64,000 nt of DNA from Alphaproteobacteria bacterium. GTDB taxonomy: Bacteria; Pseudomonadota; Alphaproteobacteria; UBA9219. The notes beneath the pieces are model-generated. The model saw nothing but the letters and a program-made list of their open reading frames with translations. It had not been told where the DNA came from and did no database searches. Below, in pieces: positions 62,638 through 64,000 of this stretch. Within the stretch, counting starts at the first letter, position 1. Every line of letters begins with the position of its first letter. Position numbers and translations under genes: made by a program. The DNA lies in the NCBI GenBank assembly GCA_026225415.1, contig JAMFSS010000009.1:192062-256061 (forward strand), read 5' to 3'.

Positions 62638-64000
62638 ATGAAAAAGATAGTTTTGATAATCGGGGTTTGGCTGTCTGTGTTGGCTGCCTTGCACATGCCC
62701 GCTTTTGCCCAACAGACGATCGCCATTCCCTTGCCGATTTCATCGGCCACCGTCACTATTCCCCCCATGACAACGGCGCCTTTGGCACCTTTGGCCACGC
62801 AATTGGGGCAGACCTTGCAAACATTGGTGGGGGCAGCGCCCGCCAATGAAGACGACACCAACCCCACGATTGCCGACAGTTTCGCGACGCATTTTTTGGA
62901 AATGCTGGCGCAAATGGTGGACGGCATCAAGGCGCACAGCAATGTTTGGGCCGACACCCAGAACGCGTTGCCCGATTTTGCCCAGTGGTTGCAAACACAA
63001 TTCAGCGATACGCATCGTCAGGCTTTGTGGGGCGCCATTGGCAATGATTGCCTGATTATCATCGGCGCGCCGCTTTTGATCGGGGTTGCGTTGTCGTTAT
63101 TGTTGTTGCCAGTACGCACCAACCTGCGCCGCAAAAATCCGCATAACAGGCCTTCGCGTGTGGGGCTGTTGATTGGTTTGTTTGTCCTGCGCGTTTTGCC
63201 GATGCTGGTGTTCCTGGGCATTGCATTGACATTGCTGGATCAGAATGAACCCCATCGTTTACCGCGTTTTGTTATTTTGAATGTTATTTACGCTTTGGGA
63301 CTGGCTTATTCCATTCAGCAAATCGCCCGCGGTATTTTCGCGCCGACATCCCCGCATTTGCGTCTTTTTGAAATGCCGGTTGATCGGGCGCGTTCGGCCT
63401 ATCGGTGGGTCAGCGTTTTTACCTATCTGATCGTCTATGGCTATTTCTTTATCGATGTCGCGACCGTTTTGCGCGTGCCTTTCACCTCCATCGGCCTGTT
63501 CCAGAATTTGCTGGCCGTTCTTTTGACCGTCTTGGCGATCATCGTTATTTACCGCAAGCGCCCTTATATCGCCGGCGTTATCCACGGCCAGATTGAAGAC
63601 GAAAACACCGAAAGTTTCGGCCTTGCGTTACGCGCGTGGTTGTCGCGCCATTGGCATTGGCTGGCCACCGTTTATCTGATCGTCAGTCTGTCGGTCACTT
63701 TGGTGGGCATTGAAAACGGTTTCGCGCTGTTGTTGCGCAGCACGATTTTGAGCATTACGATTTTGGTTGTTTCGCGTTTGTCGTTTATGGCGATCCGTTA
63801 TTGGGCGATGCCGACATCCACAGGATCGGGGATGATCCACCGGCAGATTTTAGCCTTTTTCCTGCGGCCTTTTATTTGGGTCAGCGCGGCCGTGGCGATT
63901 GCCGCCGTGTGGGGTTTTCCGTTGGCGCGTTTAATGGCGACGCCGTTGGGGCAACGCGCGACCGGCGCCGTCAGCAGTTTTGGCATCACGCTGGTTGTGT
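62638..64000 (+). CDS. Large membrane protein, probably YbiO-like MscS channel (runs off the window)
   Basis: MKKIVLIIG signal peptide, then many TM helices, open to the window end; channel domain itself not visible. Confidence 0.6.
   Translation, partial: MKKIVLIIGVWLSVLAALHMPAFAQQTIAIPLPISSATVTIPPMTTAPLAPLATQLGQTLQTLVGAAPANEDDTNPTIADSFATHFLEMLAQMVDGIKAHSNVWADTQNALPDFAQWLQTQFSDTHRQALWGAIGNDCLIIIGAPLLIGVALSLLLLPVRTNLRRKNPHNRPSRVGLLIGLFVLRVLPMLVFLGIALTLLDQNEPHRLPRFVILNVIYALGLAYSIQQIARGIFAPTSPHLRLFEMPVDRARSAYRWVSVFTYLIVYGYFFIDVATVLRVPFTSIGLFQNLLAVLLTVLAIIVIYRKRPYIAGVIHGQIEDENTESFGLALRAWLSRHWHWLATVYLIVSLSVTLVGIENGFALLLRSTILSITILVVSRLSFMAIRYWAMPTSTGSGMIHRQILAFFLRPFIWVSAAVAIAAVWGFPLARLMATPLGQRATGAVSSFGITLVV

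Overview
Chromosomal window from an alphaproteobacterium, judged from petABC, a cpa/tad pilus locus, alpha-type sigma70 promoters and a perfect CtrA-type box. The first ~11 kb is an accessory neighbourhood of stress and envelope genes (YSC84-like, LpxR-like, DUF1328, ferritin-like, CsbD, several unannotated small proteins, a large disordered NEP-repeat protein). It is followed by a three-gene XRE-REC / CHASE-GAF-PAS-PAS kinase / REC operon, an HU-like gene and tRNA-Thr. The middle holds core genes (gpmI, envC-like, rpmH, rnpA, yebC, ychF, zapE, rpsD), an AT-rich putative type II restriction-modification pair, petABC with an in-frame TAA in petB, and a Tad locus with two tandem Flp pilins. The right half carries yceI/wrbA/hxlR, a divergent RpoD-family sigma factor, an orphan WbdD-like methyltransferase-kinase, tRNA-Leu, guaB, a broken glycosyltransferase, a Tat amidase, a candidate promoter-driven sRNA, a TPR protein adjacent to a thioester-less alpha-2-macroglobulin, a two-domain Csp, an aminotransferase and a truncated MscS-like gene. 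A ~90-bp nested-hairpin repeat occurs three times with compensatory changes. No CRISPR array, integrase or transposase was seen. All calls come from reading motifs by eye; no searches were run.
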